From the UHGV virus genome UHGV-1352852: a stretch of 44,165 bases of DNA. One strand, given 5' to 3'. The notes beneath the pieces were generated by a model. That model made no database searches and was not told where the DNA came from. It worked only from the letters and a program-made list of their open reading frames with translations. Shown in pieces: positions 1 to 9,255 of this stretch. The position numbers and the translations under genes are program-made. Origin of the DNA: a virus. Position 1 is the stretch's first letter, and each line of letters opens with the position of its first letter.

Positions 1-1186
1 TGGCAAACGGTGATTTTTCTATTTGCATCGCGCACACTAATATACCACTAACCCCGTCACCGACAAATGAACCAACGGCGGAGTTGTTGTACACCCATGA
101 CGCTAAAAGCAGAGAAGACGCGCCACCCTGGCGTATAGCTACCGTTTCTGTAAATCGATACCAACCATTACCAAGCTCTGCTATATCGCTGCCGGGGGCG
201 CCTGCGTAAATAACCCCTGTCGATAAGTTAGCAACACAATCCGCGATAAACCCAGCATCATCAGCGGCGCGAAGTCTCGCATAATTATAACCATAGGCCT
301 TAGCAACGTAACTGAGAGTGTATACATCACCCTCCGCAAAAGCGGAAGACACCGATTGATATACGAGATGGCTGTCGTTTGTCTGGTTCGGGACTAGCGA
401 GAACGTACCACCGTTTAGAAATCCGTCAACTGCATCCGACACTGTTGCTCTAGTTTTAGTCCACGATGCGTCAGATAATTTCGACGATTTAATCAGGATA
501 TTACTGGACGCGGATTCCGGCGGAACACGTCCAACAGCAACCCCATCAATAAACGTAAGAGGCCATTCATTAGCGGCGGACTGCACAAGATTGCCGTTGC
601 GGTTGATGTAATAAACCTGCGGCCCGTCATACACAATGCGGCTATCAAGAGTCGACGCCAGAAGGTTAATAGGTGGATACCCGGCAGGCCCTTCATTGCT
701 CCAGATGCGCGGGAACGTCGTCACATAGTTAGCGTATATTTTCAGGAAACTACCCAGACAATCCCCGTAACAGCCGTACAAATCTGGCAGATTGTTAATC
801 AGGCACTGGTTCTCAAGGTCCTGGAACGGCGATTTCTCAGCGGTTGCCGTGAAAGTAATTGTCCAGTTAATCCCGTCTTCGGTGGACTCAGCGATGGTTG
901 ACGTGATTGTTACCTGGTAATCCTCGATACCCATGCCGAAGTCATGTGCCATCCAGAAACTTGACGCACCGCCATCGACTTTCTCAAGGAACGACAGAAA
1001 CGCCTGCCGCCCCATTGCGGATGTAATCAGGGTTACGCTCACCGGAAACACGTCGTAATATGTGTCACGGCCCTGACGCACTCCGCCACCAGCTAAATCT
1101 ACACTCCAGACGTTGTTACGTCTGGTCATTGAGTAGCCTTTTGACACAATGGGCTTAAGGCTACGCGGGAAATATAAGTCGCTCAT
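1..1186 (-). CDS. minor tail protein, 5' portion; ORF runs off the window start and continues in frame at the window end
   Basis: ATG at ~1184-1186 overlaps the tape-measure stop; manual reverse translation is stop-free down to position 1 (about 395 codons). Sits directly downstream of the tape measure in the tail module. Confidence 0.5.
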   Translation of the reverse strand, partial: MSDLYFPRSLKPIVSKGYSMTRRNNVWSVDLAGGGVRQGRDTYYDVFPVSVTLITSAMGRQAFLSFLEKVDGGASSFWMAHDFGMGIEDYQVTITSTIAESTEDGINWTITFTATAEKSPFQDLENQCLINNLPDLYGCYGDCLGSFLKIYANYVTTFPRIWSNEGPAGYPPINLLASTLDSRIVYDGPQVYYINRNGNLVQSAANEWPLTFIDGVAVGRVPPESASSNILIKSSKLSDASWTKTRATVSDAVDGFLNGGTFSLVPNQTNDSHLVYQSVSSAFAEGDVYTLSYVAKAYGYNYARLRAADDAGFIADCVANLSTGVIYAGAPGSDIAELGNGWYRFTETVAIRQGGASSLLLASWVYNNSAVGSFVGDGVSGILVCAMQIEKSPFA

Positions 1187-3498
1187 TATTTGAACCCCGG
1201 CGCATTTCTTGTGGCCTTGCGGGCCTTGCTAATCTTACTGTTGCTGTTCTGCAAAGAGGCGGCCACCTGCTCCTCGATGATGATACGCAAACGGCCTTCA
1301 TCATCTTGTTCGGTGGATACGTTGCCAATTTGAGAACTCGTGTTATTTACGATAGTAACATTAGATGGGCCGGAAGAAGACCCGTTTTGCCCCATAATTT
1401 CTTTCATCTGCTGTGCCGTGCGCACACGCGATGCCCCAGCGGGCATGATAACTTCGGGTTTACCGCGTTCGGCGATGGTGGAAGCCTGTCCTGCGGATAA
1501 CTGACCGCCCTGCTCACGCGCGGACCTGATGGCGGAAATCTGCGCCATACCCGCCCCAACTGCAGCAGCAGCGGCTACGGGGGCCAGGAACGGGCCAACT
1601 ACAGGGATAGCAGCCGTTGACTTATACGCTTCAATAGCTGCGGTGTACGTGGCTATAGTGGCCTGTACGATAGCGAATGCCTTATACGCGCCAGAAGCCT
1701 CACCCAACGCAGACCCGATGTTTGAAGCCATGTTACCGAAGGCGGTTGCCGTTGCGTCGGCACGCTTCGTAGCATACTGCTCATTGATGGCGTTAAGCGC
1801 CGCCTGGTACTGCTTCTCACTAATAAGCCCCTGCTCACGGTACTTATCCGCTACCTCCAGTTTCTGCTGTTCCTGGATGTCGAGAAGCTCAAGCTCAGTA
1901 GCGTTCTGACCCATAATCTGTGCCATGAAGTCCTCGCCTTTCTGCTGCTTTTCCTGCTGCTCTTTTCTTTTCTTATCCAGTTCTTCCTGTCTGGCCTGCT
2001 CGGCTGTGAGCATAATTTGAGTTTTGGCGTTTTCATACTGCTGCTGGCTTATCGTTCCGGCGCGGTTGAACTCCTCCAGTTTCGCCAGTTTCTGTTCTTC
2101 CGCAGCGGTAATGCGCGAAATCTCATCTCCGGTTGTGCGGTCGACAGTAGCCAGGAAATCTTCCGCCGCTTTTTTCTGTCGTTCAGCCGCCGTTTCTTCG
2201 CGTTTGGCTTGTGCCGCCAGCCGTTTCTCGTTCGATTTGGCCTCGCGGTCGGCCTTCGCTTTTTCGGTAGCGTCGATGCGAGCGATGTCTTGTTGTGCTT
2301 CCGTGTCACGCGCAGCATTATACGCGGCGATCTGTTCTTTGGTGACAGCTTCACGTTTAGCGAACGCCTGCTTATCCAGTTCAGCTTGCGCACGGATACG
2401 CTCGCGGTCACTTAAGATAGCGATTTGCTGGTTTTTGACGATAGCTTCGTTCTGTTCCTGGAATCTCTGCGTTGTTGAGTTGACGTTACGACCAAGATTC
2501 TTTTGGGCCTCCGCCGCCGCGTTTGCGGACTTCTCCGCGTTCTCCAGTGCCGTGGCGTTCTTGTTGGCATTGTCGGTCAGGCGGATAAGTTCCGGGTTCA
2601 ACTGTTTTGTATTACCGAGCCAGTCGGTAAACACATCGGCGATGCGACGGGCATTCTCGGCGGTTGGCTCTTTGTTAAACGCACTCTGCGCCGCTATCAT
2701 CTCCAGCGCCTGGTCACGGTTAACCCCAAACTTACTGCTAAGCTCTGCGATATTCTGCGCCAGCATGTTGACGCCTACGATGTTACCCTCGTAAGTGCCA
2801 CCGAGTTTTTCTAACGTGTCGCCTACATCCGCACCTTTAGAGACCAATGCATCGTACTGGCTGATAGCTGATGCTGTGGATGCCTTCCATGTCTCCCATG
2901 ATTCTGCGTCCTCACGAACAGCTTTAGCTGTTTGCTGTGCGATAAGGTCCGCGTTAGCCTTAGCCAGCGCAAGCTGAGTCTCCGCCGCTTCTCTGCTGAT
3001 TTGGGTAAGCTGGATAAGGCCGTCTGTCAGTTCGAGAGAGCCGGACGCCGTTTGCTGGAAAGTATCTTTTAGCTGTTTCTGTGCGGCTTCGAGGTCTTTT
3101 GAACTGCCTTCTGCTTCGGTTAACGATTTATACAGGACACCACCGATTGCTGACGCAAGAGCAATTACGGCCCCAAGCACCGCGCCACCAGGGCCGAAAG
3201 CACCCGCAAGCTGAGAGCCTTGTTGCCCGATTGCTACGAATGCAGACGTGCCGGACTGCAACTGGACGACCATGTCCTGCACCTGGAAGCCTACCTGCCC
3301 GGCGGCGTTACGGAATTTAGCGAAACCGTCAGAAGCCGCTTTAGACGTAGCGGAGTTTACTTTATTAACATCCGGCGTTAGTTTGTTTACGGATGTGTCC
3401 GCACGGTCTGCGGATGCCGCCATAGCGTCAAGCTGTTTAGCGGCTACATCAGCGCCTTCTGTTTTTACTCTGGCAATTAGGGAAGCCGTATCAGCCAT
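1186..3498 (-). CDS. tail tape measure protein
   Basis: Track ORF 1186..3513; ATG at 3498 (MADTAS...) has a better RBS than the TTG at 3513. About 770 aa, Ala/Gln/Lys/Glu-rich coiled-coil centre, Gly-rich hydrophobic segment; lies between the chaperone pair and the tail-tip genes. Confidence 0.8.
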   Translation of the reverse strand: MADTASLIARVKTEGADVAAKQLDAMAASADRADTSVNKLTPDVNKVNSATSKAASDGFAKFRNAAGQVGFQVQDMVVQLQSGTSAFVAIGQQGSQLAGAFGPGGAVLGAVIALASAIGGVLYKSLTEAEGSSKDLEAAQKQLKDTFQQTASGSLELTDGLIQLTQISREAAETQLALAKANADLIAQQTAKAVREDAESWETWKASTASAISQYDALVSKGADVGDTLEKLGGTYEGNIVGVNMLAQNIAELSSKFGVNRDQALEMIAAQSAFNKEPTAENARRIADVFTDWLGNTKQLNPELIRLTDNANKNATALENAEKSANAAAEAQKNLGRNVNSTTQRFQEQNEAIVKNQQIAILSDRERIRAQAELDKQAFAKREAVTKEQIAAYNAARDTEAQQDIARIDATEKAKADREAKSNEKRLAAQAKREETAAERQKKAAEDFLATVDRTTGDEISRITAAEEQKLAKLEEFNRAGTISQQQYENAKTQIMLTAEQARQEELDKKRKEQQEKQQKGEDFMAQIMGQNATELELLDIQEQQKLEVADKYREQGLISEKQYQAALNAINEQYATKRADATATAFGNMASNIGSALGEASGAYKAFAIVQATIATYTAAIEAYKSTAAIPVVGPFLAPVAAAAAVGAGMAQISAIRSAREQGGQLSAGQASTIAERGKPEVIMPAGASRVRTAQQMKEIMGQNGSSSGPSNVTIVNNTSSQIGNVSTEQDDEGRLRIIIEEQVAASLQNSNSKISKARKATRNAPGFK

Positions 3499-3763
3499 CT
3501 TCTCTGCCCTCAAATATTCCGTCTAAGCCCATGATAACCTCGGCTTCGAACAAACTTATGCCGTAACCGGCGACATCACGAAACGCTACCAAATCTTGCC
3601 ATTTGAGCGCATCGCGCGGGATTATAACGATAGTATCATCTGTTTCGCGCTGTAGGAATTTAATGGCACGGTATTTCTCGAACACGTCGATAAGAGAAAC
3701 GGGGCATTCCGGCCCCGTCGCTTCTTTCATCTGCGGTTCTTTAATCACGCCCATTGCAATCAA
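3491..3763 (-). CDS. tail assembly chaperone, -1 frame ORF (T-like extension of the G/GT pair)
   Basis: Track ORF; its frame stays open upstream to ~3871 and overlaps the end of the 3853..4269 ORF in the -1 frame, the conserved siphovirus G/GT arrangement just upstream of the tape measure. Confidence 0.45.
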   Translation of the reverse strand: MIAMGVIKEPQMKEATGPECPVSLIDVFEKYRAIKFLQRETDDTIVIIPRDALKWQDLVAFRDVAGYGISLFEAEVIMGLDGIFEGREDG

Positions 3764-3852
3764 AGCCGCCTGGTGGCCCGCCGCGATGTCGTCGAATTGC
3801 TTACGTTTGTGGCGGTCGACAAAGCACCATTGCGCAAATTCATACAGCGCTT

Positions 3853-4269
3853 TTACTTTTCCGAGAGTTTCTCACGGCTATCGGTGTGATGCTTAACTAC
3901 GGCCTCTGCCAACCCACTGTACTGGTCGAACAGGTTAGCAAGCGCCTCTTTGCTGAATGGTTCGTCGAATGACCAACCGGTGACGATTTCCACGGCAAGC
4001 TGCTTGTTCAGGTCCATCACCCGCCAGCCCTTCTCATCATTATAGCGCGCCCAGTTATTCAGCGCCTCGCACTCTTTATCTAATGGCGCAAGTTCTTCCG
4101 TAAGGCGTCGAATTGCCGTTGTGTAGGCACGGCCCGCACGAACACCAGCGTCACAATCGGGGCCGATGACCTGCAACCATTCACCGGAATCTTTACCACT
4201 GGGCAGAAGGATAGGCATTTTAGTACCGGCGGCGTGGCGGTCCGCAAAATAAAAATCAGAAAGTTTCAT
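3853..4269 (-). CDS. tail assembly chaperone (G-like)
   Basis: 138-aa ORF between the major tail and tape measure genes; a GGAAAAG run lies at its 3' end inside the -1 frame overlap. Confidence 0.5.
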   Translation of the reverse strand: MKLSDFYFADRHAAGTKMPILLPSGKDSGEWLQVIGPDCDAGVRAGRAYTTAIRRLTEELAPLDKECEALNNWARYNDEKGWRVMDLNKQLAVEIVTGWSFDEPFSKEALANLFDQYSGLAEAVVKHHTDSREKLSEK

Positions 4270-4376
4270 TCTTTAATCCTTTGGTTAAGAGGTTACTGGT
4301 TGATGGTGTTGCGCCAGACGGGAACCACCCGCTTTTCGTGTGCGACACTAGGCGCAAACTTATTCTAACACACTAC

Positions 4377-4405
4377 TTGCACACCCCAATATAATAGGGT
4401 ACTAT
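4377..4405 (+). promoter_or_regulatory. sigma70-like promoter TTGCAC-N17-TACTAT with embedded AATAG-N4-CTATT palindrome
   Basis: Member of a repeated promoter family (see findings); located ~30 nt upstream of the 4434 start codon. Confidence 0.5.
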
Positions 4406-4433
4406 TCACCTGTAACCTACTGAGGAAATAATT

Positions 4434-4760
4434 ATGCGTAAATTAGTATTAGCTCTGGGGTTTATGTCTTTTGCCGCTTTTGGGTCTCCGTGCGAACAGG
4501 TATTTAGTGAATCTGTTCTTATGACTTCTGGTGTTCTCGATAAAGCCGACCCTACTATTGTAAAGGCATTTAAGGACTCTACCGTTCGCGAGTGTGAGGC
4601 CGCTGTAGAGGTTGGTAAATCGGGCCTACCCCCGCAGGCCGTAACCTACACAGTGATACGTTCGGTAGAGAAAAACGGAGATGCTTTCTATAGCCTACTG
4701 ACAGCCACCCGTCTGCAAATGGTAATGACAGGGTGGGCGATAGGCGCAGAAAGTAAATAG
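4434..4760 (+). CDS. small secreted protein (Sec signal peptide), moron
   Basis: N-terminus MRKLVLALGFMSFAAFG is a typical signal peptide; GAGGA RBS; plus-strand gene inserted within the minus-strand tail module. Confidence 0.6.
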   Translation: MRKLVLALGFMSFAAFGSPCEQVFSESVLMTSGVLDKADPTIVKAFKDSTVRECEAAVEVGKSGLPPQAVTYTVIRSVEKNGDAFYSLLTATRLQMVMTGWAIGAESK

Positions 4761-4825
4761 TCGCCTTTATTTAAAGGAATGCACTGTGGTTAAATAGGAC
4801 AAATCCTAAACACGAGGAAGTAAGC

Positions 4826-5956
4826 ATGGCCCAGAAGAAAATAACCGACGAACAGTTACAGGAAGAATTGAACGCCGGGATGAAGATTATTGATATCGCC
4901 CGTAAATACGGCATCTCAGACCGCGTTATTCGTATCCGTAAAGCGAAGCTGGCTAAGAAAGGTGTAGGCCACGGGCGCGACGTTAGTCACCTTGTGCCGG
5001 ACGGCTACAAGATTAAAGGCACGTCGTCCCTGGTGGACGAGTTCGGCAACACTAAGTTGCAATGGGTTAAGACTGACACCGATGCTGAACGTCAGGTCGA
5101 GTTGATGAAAGCCGTAATTGAAGGCATGAAGTCAGAGATTACACCTGTTGCGCCTGTTAAAGCGACTCGCGCCAAACGCGACGATAAACTTCTCAATCTT
5201 TACACTGTGTCTGATTTCCATCTCGGTATGCTTGCATGGGCAGACGAGAGCGGCGACGACTGGGACATGAAGATTGCAGAAGACCTGTTCTCTCGATGGT
5301 TCGACGCGGCGTTTCAGAAAGCACCGGACGCGGGAACAGGAGTTATTAATCTGCTAGGAGACTTCGCGCACTTCGATAGTCTTGATGCCGTTACCCCTGA
5401 GTCGCGTCATGTGTTAGACGCCGATACTCGCTATCAGAAACTAGTTCGCTACATGATTCGTATGGTGCGTCGTGTTGTCGATATGGCGCTTGTTAAACAT
5501 CACACAGTCAAACTCTTAATAGTTCAAGGTAACCACGACCCTGTAGGCTCTGTATGGCTCGCCGAAATGTTCACGGTTTTATACTCAAACGACAGCCGAG
5601 TGATTGTCGATACGTCACCAGACGTTTACAAGATGGTGCAACACGGCAAAACGACGTTGTTCTTTCACCACGGGCATAAATCGCGCTTCGATGCTATCGA
5701 ACCGGTTATGATTGCCAAGTTCCGCAAAGCGTTCGGCGAGAGTGTTTACAGCTACGCCCACGTAGGCCATCTGCACCACCAGAAGATTGTAGAAAGCCGT
5801 AACATGGTTGTTGAGCAACACCGCACCTTAGCGGCTAAAGACGCCTACGCCTCCCGCGGCGGATGGATGTCGGGCCGCAGTGCTAATGTAATTACTTATA
5901 GCGCCGAATATGGTGAGGTCGCACGTTTAACTATTTCACCGGAGATGCTGGGATGA
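4826..5956 (+). CDS. HTH domain fused to a calcineurin-like metallophosphoesterase
   Basis: N-terminal HTH (IIDIARKYGISDRVIRIRKAKL); ordered metallophosphoesterase motifs DFH, GDFAHFD, GNHD, FHHGH, GHLHH; GAGGAAG RBS. Confidence 0.75.
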   Translation: MAQKKITDEQLQEELNAGMKIIDIARKYGISDRVIRIRKAKLAKKGVGHGRDVSHLVPDGYKIKGTSSLVDEFGNTKLQWVKTDTDAERQVELMKAVIEGMKSEITPVAPVKATRAKRDDKLLNLYTVSDFHLGMLAWADESGDDWDMKIAEDLFSRWFDAAFQKAPDAGTGVINLLGDFAHFDSLDAVTPESRHVLDADTRYQKLVRYMIRMVRRVVDMALVKHHTVKLLIVQGNHDPVGSVWLAEMFTVLYSNDSRVIVDTSPDVYKMVQHGKTTLFFHHGHKSRFDAIEPVMIAKFRKAFGESVYSYAHVGHLHHQKIVESRNMVVEQHRTLAAKDAYASRGGWMSGRSANVITYSAEYGEVARLTISPEMLG

Positions 5957-6183
5957 CTTCAAAATACAACCGAACAATGACAAACATTCACGGCAGCACT
6001 ATGACAGTAGACGTTTATGATGTTCTCCGTGCTTTCGATATCCGTGACCCGGCGCTACAGCACGCATTGAAGAAGCTGTTGTGTATGGGCCTGCGCGGTC
6101 ACAAGGATACCGGAACAGACTTAGCGGAAGCAATTGAAAGTCTGGAGAAGTTACGGGAATACCGAAGCAATATTGATGAGTAA
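5953..6183 (+). CDS. small helical phage protein (possibly DUF3310-like, from recollection)
   Basis: 76-aa ORF whose start overlaps the preceding stop (ATGA); segment VDVYDVLRAFDIRDPALQHALKKLLCMGLRG resembles small lambdoid-phage proteins. Confidence 0.45.
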   Translation: MTSKYNRTMTNIHGSTMTVDVYDVLRAFDIRDPALQHALKKLLCMGLRGHKDTGTDLAEAIESLEKLREYRSNIDE

Positions 6184-6210
6184 GAAAAGGCCCCTTTCGG
6201 GGCCTTAGTT
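6184..6210. terminator. bidirectional rho-independent terminator
   Basis: GC hairpin AGGCCCCTTTCGGGGCCT with A-run on one side and T-rich tract on the other; separates the plus-strand cassette from the convergent major tail gene. Confidence 0.6.
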
Positions 6211-7377
6211 TTATGCGTAGGTGATACGCTGAATAACAATAGACGACTGGTACTGGTTGCCAGTAGCCTGGCCTTCAATAGACTGAGTGATTGACTCAGG
6301 TCCGCCAATCTCAGGTGTAACCGCTGTCAGTTCCGCACGTTTTAAACTGAAAGACATAGCCCCGTTTACCCCCGCCAGAATAGAGTTAATCTCTACCTGC
6401 TGTTCGTTGATAAACTTCTGAATCATAGCCATGTCGTACAGCTTACCAGAGATAGAGAAGGTGTTAGCCGCGCGGCTACGCTCCACAAACGCCACGTTAG
6501 TGTTGCCGAGTTCGAACTGAGCGGACGCGCTGTTGTCGTTGGTGATGGCCAGGCTGTCGCAGCGCAACGGTGTTGAGCCATCGAACACAGAAACGTCAAC
6601 CGAAGAGAACGGCTCGTCACCAAACGTGACAGAGGAGAAATCAGAACCTGTCGGCTGCGTGGCGAGAATCTCCTGACTGCGACCGATGAACGGGAAGCTG
6701 CCAGTTACCATCGCGTTAACGGCCTGCTCAATAGTGAAGCCAGAAACTTCCACGCCTTTGGTCAGCGTGTACGCGTCGGCCCCACCACACTGGCCTTTGT
6801 ACCAGGTGAGAATAGAGAACGTCTTACACTGGCTACCGGTTTCCAGCTTATCGCCAGTTTTAGCCGCAGTAGTGGCGGTCTCAGTGGTCAGAGTATGTTG
6901 GGTACCAGCACCGGTGACAACTGTCGCACTTACCTCGGTTACGATAAACGGTTTGGCGTTATCGCCAGTTAAATCGGTGAACGCGATTAAGTCCCCCACT
7001 TCAACGCCGTCAGAAATAAAGCTACCTTCTGCACGGGTGAATGTCTTTCCCGCCGGTGCGACGGTAATAGACAGCCCGGACAGAGAAACGCCGGATTGCC
7101 ACGTAGAGCCTAAAGCCCCGGCTAACCAGTCGTCCTGGCTTTTCGAGCTAAGCTCAATAGCGTATTCTCCGCTAACCTGCTTGTTGCCGGTGCGGATGGA
7201 TGTAGTTTCACGGCTGCCGTCAAGTTCATTGGAGGTCAGCGTGTCGCGGGTAATGGCCGGAACACCGCCCGTATTGCGCAACGGCGACCATACCGGGTTA
7301 TCCGGTGTTACGCCCGGGGTCACTTCCGCCACATAGAATTGCGCGGTATTCGCGCCCTTAAAAGGAGTTGTAGCCAT
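6211..7377 (-). CDS. major tail protein (tube)
   Basis: Track ORF 6211..7383; ATG at 7377 preceded by AAGAGG. Thr/Ser/Gly-rich 388-aa protein positioned before the chaperone pair. Confidence 0.5.
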   Translation of the reverse strand: MATTPFKGANTAQFYVAEVTPGVTPDNPVWSPLRNTGGVPAITRDTLTSNELDGSRETTSIRTGNKQVSGEYAIELSSKSQDDWLAGALGSTWQSGVSLSGLSITVAPAGKTFTRAEGSFISDGVEVGDLIAFTDLTGDNAKPFIVTEVSATVVTGAGTQHTLTTETATTAAKTGDKLETGSQCKTFSILTWYKGQCGGADAYTLTKGVEVSGFTIEQAVNAMVTGSFPFIGRSQEILATQPTGSDFSSVTFGDEPFSSVDVSVFDGSTPLRCDSLAITNDNSASAQFELGNTNVAFVERSRAANTFSISGKLYDMAMIQKFINEQQVEINSILAGVNGAMSFSLKRAELTAVTPEIGGPESITQSIEGQATGNQYQSSIVIQRITYA

Positions 7378-7379
7378 AT

Positions 7380-7796
7380 TCACAGCCTCTTGGTGAATGC
7401 AATAAAGTTAATTGACAATGGCCGTTTGGCCCATCCGTTTTCTACAATCAGCGGCCCCAGGCTAACCGATTGAACCTCGGCGCAGATGTCGTTACGTGAA
7501 AATGACTTACCTGCTTTAAACGCCGTGTTAAGTAAGTCTGCCATTTTATTGATTGGCGCGCTACCTTTCACCGATGCGTAGTTAATGTCGACCTGATAGA
7601 TACCAGAGCGTTGTTCCGTGAAGAACAAATCCGCCTGCTCGGTATCCGCGAGTAGCATGTAACTCGCCAGATACGGGGTATCGGTTGACGTCGGCGCGTC
7701 GATGTTTTCAAGTGCAACCTTGATGCCGTTGGCGGTTCCGAAGGCTACCAGCGGCACATCGAACGCTTTTGTTAAGTCCTCAAAGTAGCCCATCAT
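7380..7796 (-). CDS. tail completion / head-tail joining protein
   Basis: 138-aa ORF in a run of translationally coupled small genes between capsid and major tail genes. Confidence 0.4.
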   Translation of the reverse strand: MMGYFEDLTKAFDVPLVAFGTANGIKVALENIDAPTSTDTPYLASYMLLADTEQADLFFTEQRSGIYQVDINYASVKGSAPINKMADLLNTAFKAGKSFSRNDICAEVQSVSLGPLIVENGWAKRPLSINFIAFTKRL

Positions 7797-8188
7797 TTCA
7801 CCTTGTTGGCTTCTTCATTAATGAGTTGCTGGAAACGCGATATATTAGTCCTGACAACCCCGGCTGGCGCCTGTTGTGACCAACCATACTCCAGCCGTTG
7901 TGCATACGGCAGGTTATTTGTCAGCGTAAACTCGTGCCAGTCAGCGGCTTTCAGCACGAAACTTGTAGCGTTTCCAGTAGCTATGTTCCCTGATTTATCC
8001 GTTGCATCTGTAACTCCGGGAGCAGGAGTACCGCCGGATGCCATCCAGTTCATACGGAATCGGCCTGTATCTACCGGACTCGCCTTTATGATAGCGGAAA
8101 ACAACTTGATAGACACCTGACGCATCACCTTCTCGGGATTCTTCTTCGCCTTTTCGACGAACTTAGAGACATCAAGCGCGAAACTCAT
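7793..8188 (-). CDS. head-tail joining protein
   Basis: 131-aa ORF with AGGTGA RBS; start/stop overlaps with neighbours. Confidence 0.4.
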   Translation of the reverse strand: MSFALDVSKFVEKAKKNPEKVMRQVSIKLFSAIIKASPVDTGRFRMNWMASGGTPAPGVTDATDKSGNIATGNATSFVLKAADWHEFTLTNNLPYAQRLEYGWSQQAPAGVVRTNISRFQQLINEEANKVK

Positions 8189-8544
8189 TTTCTCACCTGA
8201 ATAAAGTAGGCTACGACATCACCATTAACCATCTTCTTCTCGATGGCTACGACAGACCATTGCCCGCCGTCAAATTGCACCTTGTCTTCCATCTTCGGAA
8301 CGACACTGCAATCGGCTTTAACAATCACGTCACCGGCCTGAATCGTCGTACCGTTTACCCGTTCCACGTTTACCGGAACCGGGACGGCATTCAACGGCAG
8401 CACTTCATCATCAGACCAGACGTACTCACCGAGAACTTCATCCCACACTTTCGAGCCGGAACGAATTAGAGATACTGTGCTGCCGAATTTGGTTAGCAGG
8501 CGTGTACCAACGCCTTGCATACGTTTACTGAAAGCTGTGCTCAT
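8185..8544 (-). CDS. head-tail joining protein
   Basis: Track ORF 8185..8625; internal ATG at 8544 (MSTAFSK...) has an AAGAGGTG RBS. Confidence 0.4.
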   Translation of the reverse strand: MSTAFSKRMQGVGTRLLTKFGSTVSLIRSGSKVWDEVLGEYVWSDDEVLPLNAVPVPVNVERVNGTTIQAGDVIVKADCSVVPKMEDKVQFDGGQWSVVAIEKKMVNGDVVAYFIQVRK

Positions 8545-8638
8545 TTTAACACCTCTTGCAGCGTCAAAAGAACACCGTAACTGTGCAAGACTACCGCGGT
8601 AAGAAAACCAAAAACTGCGCCCCATAAGAACTTATTCA

Positions 8639-9253
8639 TTACGCGGCCTCCAGTCTCGAGATAACCAGTAGCGCGGATGGCGCGGTGCCCCATGCGGTTA
8701 CAGTAGCTGCTTGTGGGTATACGCCGCCGAAGTTAGTTCCGGCGCTATCTCGCATAATCTGAACAGCAAACGTCTGACCTGCGGTAGGGTTAATAACGAC
8801 GCGGGATTCAATAGGAATGGTCACATCCGCGCTGACCAGTTTCGTAGCTGCCGGAGATCCGTATTGAGTGCCGTTTATTAAAATGCGTGATAGCAGAATA
8901 GACGTCCCGCTCGCACCAGTACGACCAGCCTGTAACTTGATGCGAACGGCGTAGTTACCCGCGGCGTTGAACGTAACCAGCCCCGCAGCATTAATCATTA
9001 CCGGGTCGGATGTACTTCCCTGAGCGGAGCCGAAAGTTAACTGCAACGCCGTGTCCGTCGCTGTTGGCGCCTGTATTACGGTAGACGCAGCGCGAAGGAC
9101 TTCAACCTCTTTAACCCCCGGAGTGGCGTAAATAGGTGAGTCGGCCATCTGTGTCATTACTTCGCGTAACTTCTCGGGGGTGATAAGCCCGGTGGTGTTA
9201 TCGGGAAGGTTCGCTCCGATAAGGGTAAACATCTCTGATTTAGTCTTCGCCAT
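8639..9253 (-). CDS. virion structural protein
   Basis: 204-aa ORF in the head-tail connector region; Thr/Ala-rich beta-type composition. Confidence 0.4.
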   Translation of the reverse strand: MAKTKSEMFTLIGANLPDNTTGLITPEKLREVMTQMADSPIYATPGVKEVEVLRAASTVIQAPTATDTALQLTFGSAQGSTSDPVMINAAGLVTFNAAGNYAVRIKLQAGRTGASGTSILLSRILINGTQYGSPAATKLVSADVTIPIESRVVINPTAGQTFAVQIMRDSAGTNFGGVYPQAATVTAWGTAPSALLVISRLEAA

Positions 9254-9255
9254 TT

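Noticed and set aside
1306-2794. Plus-strand ORFs of 64-256 aa antisense to the tape measure gene (1306..1500, 1529..1909, 2017..2415, 2024..2794)
   Set aside because: They lie entirely within a confidently coding 770-aa minus-strand gene, lack RBS/promoter context and have low-complexity Ser/Ala/Arg-rich translations typical of antisense frames.
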